Shown piece after piece: positions 19,413 to 28,709 of a stretch of DNA of 64,000 nt. The notes below the pieces were generated by a model. It had not been told where the DNA came from and did no database searches. It saw only the letters and a program-made list of their open reading frames with translations. This DNA comes from an uncultured Verrucomicrobiae bacterium. GTDB lineage: Bacteria > Verrucomicrobiota > Verrucomicrobiia > Chthoniobacterales > UBA10450. The translations under genes were made by a program, and so were the position numbers. Numbering within the stretch: position 1 is the first letter of the stretch; every line of letters starts with the position of its first letter. Location of the stretch: assembly GCA_963776065.1 (NCBI GenBank), contig CAVZLJ010000008.1, forward strand, positions 11,457 through 75,456. Direction: 5' to 3'.

Positions 19413-21629
19413 CTACGATCGGCCGCGAAGGTTATCTTCAGCTGCGAGGTCCTGGCATTTTTTTAAATCTAGCTTGCCTGACGCGAGGACCGGGATCGTT
19501 TCGGCGCGCCGGACGTGTTTGGGAATCCACAAGTTTGGCACGCCGGCCTCGTGAAGCTTGCTGCGCAACTCCGCCAGATCGATATCTACGGCGCTAAGCA
19601 GGACGAGTGTTTCGCCTTTTGCCTCGTCCTGTACACCCATGACGGCCAGCGGACGTTCGTCTCTTCCGGACAACCCCAGTAGATCGACAATTTTGTTTTC
19701 GATTGTTTCGTGTGGCACCATCTCACCGCCGATCTTTGAAAAGCGCGAGAGCCGTCCCTCGATGTAAAGGAATCCGTCCTCGTCGAATCGGCCGATGTCG
19801 CCTGTCTTCAGCCAGCCATCACGAAGAACTTCCGCGGTCTGCTGAGGATCGTGCAAATAACCTTCGAAGATATTTGGACCGCGCAGCCAAAGCATTCCGG
19901 TATCGTACAACGAAAGTTCCTGCTCCGTTTCCGGTTCGCGAATTTCCGCAGCCATTCCTGGAGCAAGTCTGCCAACCGATCCCAAACAGCTGGATGATTG
20001 CGCGTGTTCACCGGGCTTTTTCGGCTTCGGATCCGGCAAGTTAACGCTGACCACCGGTGCGGTCTCGGTGAGCCCGTAGCCTTCGAAGACTTTCTTGTCG
20101 AAGCGCTTTTCAAAATGGCTGGCAAGATCGAGTGGCAACTTTTCAGCCCCGGTGATGATGAGGCGCAAGCTGCCGAGTTGCTGCGGATCCGCTTTGCGCA
20201 AGTACATGCGCAGAAAAGTGGGCGTCGCCAGGAGGAACGTCAGTTTGTATCGTTCTATCAGAGCGGCGCACTTTGCGGCGTCGAGCGGGTTAGGATACGT
20301 GACAATTCGCACGCCTTCGATGAGTGGATACCAAAGCGTGACGGTCGATCCGAAAGTGTGAAAGAACGGCAGCGACGCGAGGATTGCGTCGCTCTCTCGT
20401 GCGTCCAGCAGTTGCCGAAACTGTGAGACGTTTCCGACGACATTGCGATGGCTGATCACAACGCCTTTTGGTTCTCCGGTGGTTCCACTTGTAAACAGCA
20501 AGACTGCTTCCCTGTGACCCCCTTCCTTTGGAATTTGTAAAAGCCGCAAGAGTAAGCGTGCCGGAACCAGGATCGACAGGATCCACCAAAAAACGATCCG
20601 GCGTTTCATCGACGGGATTAGTTCGTCCAATTTCAAAACCCGTTCCGGCCACGGAAAATCTTTGAGACGCTCCATGAATTGCGTCGCTGAGATCGCGACG
20701 CGGACGTTGGCCCGTCTGTAACAAGACTCATTCGCCGCACGTCCTGCTGTGAAATTAAGGTCGACAGGAACTTTGTCCGCCAACGTTACCGCCAAATTCA
20801 CCAGCATCGATGCTTTGCTGGCAGGCAAAACGATCGCGATTCGTTCGTCGGAAAATTCTTTCCGAAGATAGCGACTCAATGCCGCCGCCGCGCCGAGCAA
20901 TTTTGCCCGGCTCAGTTCGCTATGATCGTTTCCGTCGATCACTGCGGTCGCGAACCGTCTGCGCTTCAATCCGCGCACAGCTTCTTCGGCAAGATGTCGA
21001 TCCAATGAGGGACGGCGACTGAAACAAAATTCACCGAGCTTAAGCAATTCCTCGCGGACCGTTGCATTGTCGGCGGCCTCGGCTTTGAGCGGTTTGCCAA
21101 AGGCGATCGTTACAGGGTACGGGATGCGCTTTGGAAATTTCCTGAAAAATCGTCCGCCCTGGAATGAGAAGATCGAGCCCCAAAGCTGATCGAGCCAAAC
21201 CGGAACGACCTGCGCATTGGCGTGGCGGGCAATCAATTCGTAACCGCGTTGCAATCGCAAAAGAACTCCGGTGCGCTCCAACTGGCCCTCGGGAAAAAGG
21301 CAGACGATCTCGCCCTCAGCAATTTTTTCCGCCGCAGCGCGAATGGCGGAATGCGAATGGCGGATATTGATCGGGATGCAACCTACCAGCCGCAAGAACG
21401 GGCGGAGAATAGGTCTACGGTAGTACTCCTGGTCGATGACGTAGCGGATCGGGCGGGGACAGGCAAATTGCAGGACAATGGCGTCAACCCAGGTGATGTG
21501 GTTAGGCAAAAGCAGAAACCCGCCCGCGGGTATGTTTTCCAAGCCCAGCGCGGTGACTCGATAAAAGCAACGCACAATCAGCCGGCCGAAAAAATGGAGC
21601 GCGCGTTCAGCGGCGGACATGGAAGGCAT
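19413..21629 (-). CDS. aas: Bifunctional acyltransferase / acyl-ACP synthetase (Aas-like: PlsC domain fused to an AMP-dependent ligase)
   Basis: N-terminal HX4D NHITWVD and FPEGQL. The C-terminal adenylation domain has TSGTTGEPKGV, GYGLTE and GDIGRFDEDGFLYIEGR. Confidence 0.8.
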   Translation of the reverse strand: MPSMSAAERALHFFGRLIVRCFYRVTALGLENIPAGGFLLLPNHITWVDAIVLQFACPRPIRYVIDQEYYRRPILRPFLRLVGCIPINIRHSHSAIRAAAEKIAEGEIVCLFPEGQLERTGVLLRLQRGYELIARHANAQVVPVWLDQLWGSIFSFQGGRFFRKFPKRIPYPVTIAFGKPLKAEAADNATVREELLKLGEFCFSRRPSLDRHLAEEAVRGLKRRRFATAVIDGNDHSELSRAKLLGAAAALSRYLRKEFSDERIAIVLPASKASMLVNLAVTLADKVPVDLNFTAGRAANESCYRRANVRVAISATQFMERLKDFPWPERVLKLDELIPSMKRRIVFWWILSILVPARLLLRLLQIPKEGGHREAVLLFTSGTTGEPKGVVISHRNVVGNVSQFRQLLDARESDAILASLPFFHTFGSTVTLWYPLIEGVRIVTYPNPLDAAKCAALIERYKLTFLLATPTFLRMYLRKADPQQLGSLRLIITGAEKLPLDLASHFEKRFDKKVFEGYGLTETAPVVSVNLPDPKPKKPGEHAQSSSCLGSVGRLAPGMAAEIREPETEQELSLYDTGMLWLRGPNIFEGYLHDPQQTAEVLRDGWLKTGDIGRFDEDGFLYIEGRLSRFSKIGGEMVPHETIENKIVDLLGLSGRDERPLAVMGVQDEAKGETLVLLSAVDIDLAELRSKLHEAGVPNLWIPKHVRRAETIPVLASGKLDLKKCQDLAAEDNLRGRS

Positions 21630-21702
21630 CCTTTATGATTTACAATCTGCGCCGGGCAAACTGCAATCGGCAATTGCGATGAGACCTATTGGGAAAGAAA
21701 CG

Positions 21703-22941
21703 ATGAGCGGCGCGCATGCCGCACTCTTTCTGCTCCTGGCGATCAATCTTTTCAATTATATCGACCGCCAAGTTCTGGCGGCGCTCGAGCCCGATATTCG
21801 CGCGACTTTTTTCACGACCGGCGACGTAAACGCCATGACCAAGACTGGTCTGCTCGGCGACGCATTCTTCGTCACTTACATGGTTAGCGCCCCGATTCTT
21901 GGCCTGCTCGCTGATCGATTCTCGCGCTGGATCATCATCGGTTCCGCTGTGATTTTGTGGAGCCTGGCCAGCGGCGGCTCCGGTCTGGCCGCGACCTTCG
22001 CGATTCTCTTTGCGACTCGCATATTCGTTGGAATTGGCGAGGGCGGTTACGGACCCGCAGCGCCGACGATCTTATCCGATCTTTTCCCGATCGAAAAGCG
22101 GGGGCGGATCATGGCGATTTTTTGCGCAGCGATTCCAGTTGGCAGCGCACTTGGCTATGTGATCGGTGGACTGATCGGTGCTCACCTCGGCTGGCGTTGG
22201 GCGTTTTATCTCGTTGCTCCACCAGGCTTGCTGCTAGGTCTTCTGTGTTTCTGGCAACGGGACCCTCGCGTCGCTGCGGACAATCTGGTACAAAAGTCAC
22301 CGCGCCGGAGCATCCGTGACTACCTGAATTTATTCCGCACTCGCTCCTATCTTATCAACTGCATCGCCCAAACACTGATGACTTTTGTAGTCGGCGGTTT
22401 GGGATTCTGGGTACCGGCGTATCTGCGCTATCGCCATCAAAGTCCGGAGGTCGGCATGACGATCTTTGGCTTGATCACTGTAGTCGCGGGCCTGGTCTCA
22501 ACGCTCCTGGGTGGCGTCCTCGCCGACAAGTTGCGTTCGCGTCTTCCTGGTTCGTATTTCTGGGTGTCCGGAATCGGGATGCTCATCGCGTGTCCGATTT
22601 TCATTGTGGCCCTTTACGTTCCGTTTCCTGCGGCATGGATCGCAATGTTCCTGGCGATTTTCTTCCTGTTTCTAAACACCGGTCCTTCAAACACGGCTCT
22701 TGCGAACGTTTCGCTGCCTGCGGTGCGTGCAACGGCATTTGCCGCAAATATCTTCATCATCCACGCGTTCGGTGACGTGCAGGCGTTCTGGCTCCTCGGC
22801 TATATTGGTGGTCACACGAATATGCGCATGGCATTTTTGTTTGTGTCAGGAGTAATTTTCCTCTCCGGTGTGGCCTGGCTCATCGGTGTAAAATATCTTC
22901 CGGCGGACACGGCTGCGGTAGAAACAGCCGGAACCGCCTGA
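21703..22941 (+). CDS. MFS transporter (Spinster-like subfamily)
   Basis: LLAINLFNYIDRQVLAALEPDI... and 12 predicted TM segments. Divergent from the aas-like gene. Confidence 0.8.
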   Translation: MSGAHAALFLLLAINLFNYIDRQVLAALEPDIRATFFTTGDVNAMTKTGLLGDAFFVTYMVSAPILGLLADRFSRWIIIGSAVILWSLASGGSGLAATFAILFATRIFVGIGEGGYGPAAPTILSDLFPIEKRGRIMAIFCAAIPVGSALGYVIGGLIGAHLGWRWAFYLVAPPGLLLGLLCFWQRDPRVAADNLVQKSPRRSIRDYLNLFRTRSYLINCIAQTLMTFVVGGLGFWVPAYLRYRHQSPEVGMTIFGLITVVAGLVSTLLGGVLADKLRSRLPGSYFWVSGIGMLIACPIFIVALYVPFPAAWIAMFLAIFFLFLNTGPSNTALANVSLPAVRATAFAANIFIIHAFGDVQAFWLLGYIGGHTNMRMAFLFVSGVIFLSGVAWLIGVKYLPADTAAVETAGTA

Positions 22942-22966
22942 ACGTTCGTCCCGTCTTGGAAGCTTT

Positions 22967-23737
22967 ATGTCAATCTTGCGCTGTTTACTGATCCTCTTGC
23001 TACTTTGGCTGACAAGCAGCGCTCGCGCAGATGGCGTTCCGGATGATTGCACACAGCTCATCCTGGGAATCGCGCCGACGTGGAATTCGATGCGCGGCGA
23101 CTTGCGTTTATTTGAGCGTCCGCGCGACGGCGAATGGAGGGTTGTAGCCGGGCCGTTTCCCGTACTGTTAGGCAAAAACGGACTGGCATGGGGAACTGGA
23201 CTGGCGGGGCAAAACGAGCCGGGCCTTCGCAAAAAAGAGCGGGATGGCCGCGCGCCGGCGGGAGTTTTTGAAATCGGCCAGGTGTTTGGCTACGACGCAC
23301 ACCTGCCGCCCGGCGCAGATTATCCGTATCATCAAGTCACTGAGGCAGACATTTGGAGCGACGATCCGCGTTCGCCGAATTACAACCGGCACGTCGTTAT
23401 TGATCCGAAGAATCTGCCGGACAATTACACACACGAAAAAATGCGCTCTGGCGATTTTGCTTACCACTGGCTGATCGAGATTCGGCACAACTCCGATCCG
23501 CCTGTGCCGGGAGCGGGAAGCGCTATCTTTTTCCACATTCGGCGAGGCGTGAACAGACCGACGACCGGCTGCACAACAATGGCGCAGGACAATCTTGTGA
23601 AAGTGATCACCTGGTTGCGAGCGAAGCGTCATCCTTGCTATGCATTGTTGCCCGACGAGGAGTACGAAAAAAAATGGCGCGGCTGGAATTTGCCCTCGCC
23701 GGACACGTTGCGTGCCGCCATCTCATTGAGTCGTTGA
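22967..23737 (+). CDS. L,D-transpeptidase (YkuD) family protein, secreted
   Basis: Signal peptide plus the catalytic region GSAIFFHI...TTGCTTM. Confidence 0.75.
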   Translation: MSILRCLLILLLLWLTSSARADGVPDDCTQLILGIAPTWNSMRGDLRLFERPRDGEWRVVAGPFPVLLGKNGLAWGTGLAGQNEPGLRKKERDGRAPAGVFEIGQVFGYDAHLPPGADYPYHQVTEADIWSDDPRSPNYNRHVVIDPKNLPDNYTHEKMRSGDFAYHWLIEIRHNSDPPVPGAGSAIFFHIRRGVNRPTTGCTTMAQDNLVKVITWLRAKRHPCYALLPDEEYEKKWRGWNLPSPDTLRAAISLSR

Positions 23738-23775
23738 ATCTCGCGATGGTTTGGTTAGGTTGTCGTTAGCTAATT

Positions 23776-24018
23776 ATGCCACGACGAAAACGTCCTAATC
23801 CTCAATCAGAAGAGAACATCCGTCGCATCGACACGAAAACGCGCGCGAAGAAGCAGACGCATGGTTTTCAGGTCCACTTCCTTCGCGGCGATCGCGTGGT
23901 GACGAAGATGTTCAGCGATAATGTACATGGCGGAAAACAAGCCGCACGACGAGCCGCCCGAAAATTCAAACAGTCGATGGTGCGTCGTTTGCCGCGGAGA
24001 AAATTTCTGGGCGGATAG
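23776..24018 (+). CDS. Small basic protein, possibly AP2-like DNA-binding
   Basis: THGFQVHFLRGDRVVTKMFSDNVHGGKQAARRAARKF resembles bacterial AP2-domain proteins. Its 3' end overlaps the convergent rsmA-Nudix ORF by 53 nt. Confidence 0.4.
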   Translation: MPRRKRPNPQSEENIRRIDTKTRAKKQTHGFQVHFLRGDRVVTKMFSDNVHGGKQAARRAARKFKQSMVRRLPRRKFLGG

Positions 24019-25369
24019 ACTGTTCGCCATCGGAATGCATTCTTCGCCGGTACATTTTCCAACACTCTAAAAAACCCGGGGCGAAATCCTCGGGTCGCGC
24101 CGACGTCCAGCCGTCAACCACAGCCGGCGGAAAAAAAACGCCTGCTTCGATTTCAGACTTGTTAGGAAGAGGAGCTCCGGTGGTCATGCCGCGATAAACC
24201 CAGATAAATTCATGGTCTGTGCCCGGCGAGGCAGCGATCTTCGAAATTTTTTCAAGAGGAATATCAAGGCGCAACTCCTCATTCAGTTCGCGTCGCGCTG
24301 TTTCATCATAAGCTTCTCCGGCGCTTACATGGCCGGCAGCGCTCGAGTCCCATTTCAACGGATGCCGATCTTTCCAACGCGAGCGCTGCTGCAAGTAAAC
24401 GTCACCGTCCTGATTGAAAATGAGGATGTGAACGGCGCGATGGCGCAAGTTATTCCCATGCACTTTGGAGCGGCTGGCGGAGCCCCGAATCCGATCATTT
24501 TTGTCGACCACCGGGAACTCCTCGTTATCCACGGAGCACGTCTCGCCTCGCGGAGGCGGCGCGATACAATTGGCGAGGCCGATCCATTGCAGCAACGATA
24601 ACTCCTCCGCTCGTGCGTTGACGTTAATGTTCAGACTGCCTGCGATTGTATCCCAGTCGTGAGCGCATTCTCGCAGCAATTTTTTGAGCTGCTTTCGTCT
24701 TTGAGAAAACCCGATGCGGATCAATTTCAAGAGCAATTCATCATCGTACTCGGGAAGCTCAAGCGGATCGCGCGGCACAAGTAGCACGACTGCGGAGTCG
24801 ACATCAGGTCGGGGAAAAAAAACAGTTGCAGGAACGCTTCGGAGATATTTCACGCGATCATGCAACTGCACACGCAATGTCAGCGCGCCGTAATCGTGCG
24901 TGCACGGTGATGCAGAAAGTCGCATCGTCATCTCCTTTTGTAACGTGAACAGCGATAGGCATATGGGGTTTGGAAATTCCAGAAATCTCGAGAGCAATGG
25001 ACTCGAAATATTGTACGGCAGATTCCCAATGAGTTTTACCCGGCGATGTGCGAAAAGAATTCGCGGATCAAACCTTAGCGCGTCAATGTTGAGAATTTCG
25101 ATGTGCTCATTACCGAAGCGGGCACGTAAAAAATTCGCCAGACGTGCGTCCTTTTCGATTGCGAGAACACGCGCGCCTTTCTCAAGAACAAATCTGGTCA
25201 GCGCGCCCAAGCCAGGGCCAATCTCGACCACGTAATCGTCCGGAGTGATTTGCGCCTGATCGACAATCCACCGGGCCAGGTTTTGATCGTGCAGAAAGTT
25301 TTGTCCGAGGGTCTTGCTCGGCGATACACCGATTTCTTTAAGCGTCGCGCGGATCTCGGAAAGCTTCAT
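23966..25369 (-). CDS. rsmA: 16S rRNA (adenine1518/1519-N6)-dimethyltransferase RsmA/KsgA fused to a C-terminal Nudix hydrolase domain
   Basis: Residues 1-269 match RsmA (LGQNFLHD, VVEIGPGLGALT, GNLPYNISS). Residues about 283-440 form a Nudix domain with the box GHVSAGEAYDETARRELNEELRL. There is one frame and no stop between the two. Confidence 0.8.
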   Translation of the reverse strand: MKLSEIRATLKEIGVSPSKTLGQNFLHDQNLARWIVDQAQITPDDYVVEIGPGLGALTRFVLEKGARVLAIEKDARLANFLRARFGNEHIEILNIDALRFDPRILFAHRRVKLIGNLPYNISSPLLSRFLEFPNPICLSLFTLQKEMTMRLSASPCTHDYGALTLRVQLHDRVKYLRSVPATVFFPRPDVDSAVVLLVPRDPLELPEYDDELLLKLIRIGFSQRRKQLKKLLRECAHDWDTIAGSLNINVNARAEELSLLQWIGLANCIAPPPRGETCSVDNEEFPVVDKNDRIRGSASRSKVHGNNLRHRAVHILIFNQDGDVYLQQRSRWKDRHPLKWDSSAAGHVSAGEAYDETARRELNEELRLDIPLEKISKIAASPGTDHEFIWVYRGMTTGAPLPNKSEIEAGVFFPPAVVDGWTSARPEDFAPGFLECWKMYRRRMHSDGEQSIRPEIFSAANDAPSTV

Positions 25370-25405
25370 AGGAACTTCACGGAGAGGGTAGGAAATTCGT
25401 CTACC

Positions 25406-25469
25406 TGTTCACAAAATCGTGTGAACAAAATGCGCCGTTAACCCGGAACTTGTTCACAAGTTATTCACG
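25406..25469. promoter_or_regulatory. Operator-like cluster: TGTTCACA-N6-TGTGAACA palindrome plus a third TGTTCACA and a TTATTCACG
   Basis: Perfect 8-nt inverted repeat at 25406-25427 and a direct copy at 25451-25458, lying 37-100 nt upstream of the rsmA-Nudix start. Confidence 0.45.
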
Positions 25470-25528
25470 CACGTCTCTTCCGGCATGAACTTGATCATGT
25501 AAGGCCTCTGTTCGCCGAGGCCGTTCGC

Positions 25529-26593
25529 TTATTCATGCGTTGGCAGCGCTCGGCGCGACCGCTTTTTGCGGCTCTTCAAGTATGTCTGTCGCGCCTCTTT
25601 CAAGGAAGCGCCTTCGAGGAAGTACGCTGTCGCCGCGCGACCAATCGCGTACGTTCCTGCGCCGGCGACCATTCCACAAACGATGTTGCCCCAACCGGGA
25701 AAAAACTTCAGCATTGCACGAGCCCCTTCCCGGAGAAGCATGCCAGCGCCGAGGTTTGCTCCCAGCGCGGCGATGAACTCGGTCGCAGCGCGGAGGCTTC
25801 GTTCGCGGCCACTGATATACATGATTCCGGAGACCATTAGCACTTGCAGCGACGTGAGGATTGGCATGTCTGCCAGCGGAATTGGTTGCGTCCCGACCGC
25901 GGCGCAAATGGCGGTCGTCGACTTTATCAGCATCTGCGCGACGTGAAGCTGCGCCTGGCGGTCGCGCGAGATGCGGATCATCTCGATCTTCGCTTCATTC
26001 GGCAATTCCGCCGCAAGTAGCGACATCAAGCGCCGCGATTCTGCGGAGCTTGTTTCCGTGATCCGCACTACGGCGAGCAAACGCTCGCGGAGATCCGGTT
26101 GAGCATCCATGGCCTCCTCCATTTGTATCACCTGTCTTTCAGACCCAAGCGAAAGACCAACGACTTTCGCCTGGCCCACGGGAACACCGATGGCTTTGTG
26201 CAAATCCAATTCGCCGTCGTCGAAAAAGAAAATGAGGTCGGCGGGCTCACGCCCGAGCTCCTCTTCAATTTGTGCTTCGACGGAATCGCCGGCATCGCGT
26301 GCATCCAAAATCGAGATGGTTCCCTGACCTTGAATTGTCCAGTCAGTCCAGCGATGCACCGCCGTCACGGTCACATTCACGCGCTCGTCGGCGGACGCAA
26401 AAAGCAGATCGATGATTTTTTGCATGGGCGTTTTGCTCGACCCAATGAATAGAAATCGCGGGCGCCGTTGCTGCAGGAATAGCTGCTTTAGCGGTGTCAA
26501 CTCACGCAGCACCGGGTGCCGAATTTTTTCAGGAAGTTTGCCAGCCAAACTTTCGAGTCGCTCGGCAATTTGAACGAGAGTTGTCTGCTTCAT
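25529..26593 (-). CDS. DUF697-type membrane-associated protein with a degenerate GTPase-like N-domain
   Basis: Start ATG 26593 (MKQTTLVQIAERL...). C-terminal region TQPIPLADMPILTSLQVLMVSGIMYISG... resembles DUF697. Confidence 0.55.
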   Translation of the reverse strand: MKQTTLVQIAERLESLAGKLPEKIRHPVLRELTPLKQLFLQQRRPRFLFIGSSKTPMQKIIDLLFASADERVNVTVTAVHRWTDWTIQGQGTISILDARDAGDSVEAQIEEELGREPADLIFFFDDGELDLHKAIGVPVGQAKVVGLSLGSERQVIQMEEAMDAQPDLRERLLAVVRITETSSAESRRLMSLLAAELPNEAKIEMIRISRDRQAQLHVAQMLIKSTTAICAAVGTQPIPLADMPILTSLQVLMVSGIMYISGRERSLRAATEFIAALGANLGAGMLLREGARAMLKFFPGWGNIVCGMVAGAGTYAIGRAATAYFLEGASLKEARQTYLKSRKKRSRRALPTHE

Positions 26594-26647
26594 CCTTGAA
26601 AATGAAATCCGAATGACGAACGGCTTCGCTGCGATTATAAGCCTAGC

Positions 26648-28636
26648 ATGAGTTTGAACATCGAAATACTTTCGAAAGCGGCAGACCAGGCGCGTGGATT
26701 GTGCATGGATGCCGTGCAAGCGTCGCAGTCAGGTCATCTTGGGCTTCCACTCGGTTGCGCGGAAATCGGCGCCGTGCTTTTTGGGCACGCGCTCAGATAC
26801 AATCCAGACCAGCCGCGTTGGATCAATCGCGACATTTTCGTTCTCTCCGCCGGGCACGGCAGCATGTTTCTTTACGCATGGCTGCACATCGGCGGGTACG
26901 ATTTGCCGATGTCCGAAATCAAACGGTTCCGGCAAGCGCATTCCAAAACGCCGGGACACCCCGAATTTGGCGACACGCCCGGAGTGGAATGCACCACTGG
27001 ACCGCTCGGTCAGGGTGTGGGCAACGCGGTTGGCATGTCTGTGGCGACGAATATGGCCGCGGCTCGGTTCAACACCGATGAGCACAAAATTTTCGACCAG
27101 CACGTGGTCTGTTTGTGCGGTGACGGCGACCTGCAGGAGGGCGTCGCATCCGAGGCGTGCGCGCTCGCCGGTGTTTGGGGCCTCGACAATCTGATTTTCA
27201 TTTACGATTCCAATGCCGTTACGCTGGATGCCCCGGCAAAGCTTACGCAGTGCGAGGACACGGGTCAGCGGATGAAAGCGTACGGCTTTGATGTCCAGGA
27301 AATCGACGGCCAGGACATGCGACAGTTTCTGGACGCGTTCGACGTCGCGAAACGCCGCGACAACGGGAAACCGCAGTTCATCATCGCGCACACGCTAATC
27401 GGCAAGGGCATTCCGGAAGTCGCAGGCACGTACCAGGCACATGGCGAAGCGGGCGCGAAATTTGTGGACGCGGCGCGCAAGGCGCTCGGTTTGCCGGACG
27501 AGCATTATTTCGTGTCGCAGGATGTGTACGACTATTTCGCCGAGCACAAAAAGACACTGCTCGCTGAGTACGATCGCTGGGAAAAAACTTACGATGCGTG
27601 GCGCGCGAAAAACTCCGACAAGGCGAAGCTGCTCGATGATGGGCTGGCGCGAAAAGTCCCAGCGGATCTGTTGTCCAACATCCCGGAGTTTTCGAAGGAC
27701 GCGAAACTGGCGACGCGCAAAGCCGGCGGCGAAGTGCTGCAGCCGATCGCGCAGGCGATGCCGTTGCTCATGAGCGGCAGCGCCGATCTGTACGGATCGA
27801 CAATGAACTACATCAAGGACGGCGGCGATTTCTCACGCGACAATTTTGCCGGCCGCAACGTCCGTTTCGGCATTCGTGAGCACGGCATGTGCGCGATCCT
27901 CAACGGCATCTCATATCACGGGCTGTTTCGCGCGTCGGGCGCGACGTTCACGGTGTTCACAGACTATTGCCGCGGTGCCATTCGGCTCAGTGCGTTATCC
28001 AGGCTGCCGAACGTGTACATTTTTACGCACGACTCGATCGGTGTAGGCGAAGACGGTCCGACGCATCAACCTGTGGAGACGGTCAGTTCGGTTCGTTTGA
28101 TGCCCAACATCGACGTGATTCGGCCCGCCGATCCGGAAGAAACCGCCGGCGCATTTGTCGCGGCGATGCAGCGAACAGACGGTCCCACGTTCCTCGCTCT
28201 CACGCGTCAGGCTGTTCCGATGTTGAACGATATCGACGTGAAAACCCGTCGCGAAGGCGTCCTGCGCGGCGGTTATATCGCAAAAAGAGAAGCCGGTAAG
28301 CTCGATCTCATCATTCTTTCGTGCGGAAGCGAATTGCAGCACGCATTTGCGGCGGCAAAGGAACTGGGAGACGGCGTGCGAGTCGTTTCCATGCCTTGCT
28401 TTGAGAGATTTGACCGACAACCGCGAGAATATCGCGACGAGGTCTTACCTAACGAATGCCGCAGGCGCGTGGCGATCGAAGCAGGCGTGCCTGAAATCTG
28501 GTACGAATACGTTGGTCTGGATGGGAAAGTGATCGGACTACGCGAGTTCGGCCTGAGCGCCCCTGGCCCTGAAGTGATGAAAGAACGCGGCATCGACGCA
28601 CAGCACGTGATTGAGGCCGCGAAAACATTGAGGTAG
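26648..28636 (+). CDS. tkt: Transketolase
   Basis: 662 aa; [18 protein letters not shown] and [17 protein letters not shown] motifs. Confidence 0.95.
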   Translation: MSLNIEILSKAADQARGLCMDAVQASQSGHLGLPLGCAEIGAVLFGHALRYNPDQPRWINRDIFVLSAGHGSMFLYAWLHIGGYDLPMSEIKRFRQAHSKTPGHPEFGDTPGVECTTGPLGQGVGNAVGMSVATNMAAARFNTDEHKIFDQHVVCLCGDGDLQEGVASEACALAGVWGLDNLIFIYDSNAVTLDAPAKLTQCEDTGQRMKAYGFDVQEIDGQDMRQFLDAFDVAKRRDNGKPQFIIAHTLIGKGIPEVAGTYQAHGEAGAKFVDAARKALGLPDEHYFVSQDVYDYFAEHKKTLLAEYDRWEKTYDAWRAKNSDKAKLLDDGLARKVPADLLSNIPEFSKDAKLATRKAGGEVLQPIAQAMPLLMSGSADLYGSTMNYIKDGGDFSRDNFAGRNVRFGIREHGMCAILNGISYHGLFRASGATFTVFTDYCRGAIRLSALSRLPNVYIFTHDSIGVGEDGPTHQPVETVSSVRLMPNIDVIRPADPEETAGAFVAAMQRTDGPTFLALTRQAVPMLNDIDVKTRREGVLRGGYIAKREAGKLDLIILSCGSELQHAFAAAKELGDGVRVVSMPCFERFDRQPREYRDEVLPNECRRRVAIEAGVPEIWYEYVGLDGKVIGLREFGLSAPGPEVMKERGIDAQHVIEAAKTLR

Positions 28637-28658
28637 AGGCGATTGAGCTCAATCGCCT
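28637..28658. terminator. Perfect 22-nt palindrome aggcgattgagctcaatcgcct between convergent tkt and dnaB
   Basis: Starts immediately after the tkt stop. Stem of up to 11 bp; a candidate bidirectional terminator with no clear U-tract. Confidence 0.4.
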
Positions 28659-28709
28659 GCTCTGGGTGCGATGACACGCGCCCGGCGGCTCAGGTGAACC
28701 GCCGCTACC

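Noticed and set aside
25406-25469. TGTGAACAA / TTATTCACG motifs as DnaA boxes marking oriC
   Set aside because: Each differs from TTATCCACA at two positions. There is no adjacent AT-rich unwinding region and no dnaA or dnaN gene. An operator interpretation is kept instead.
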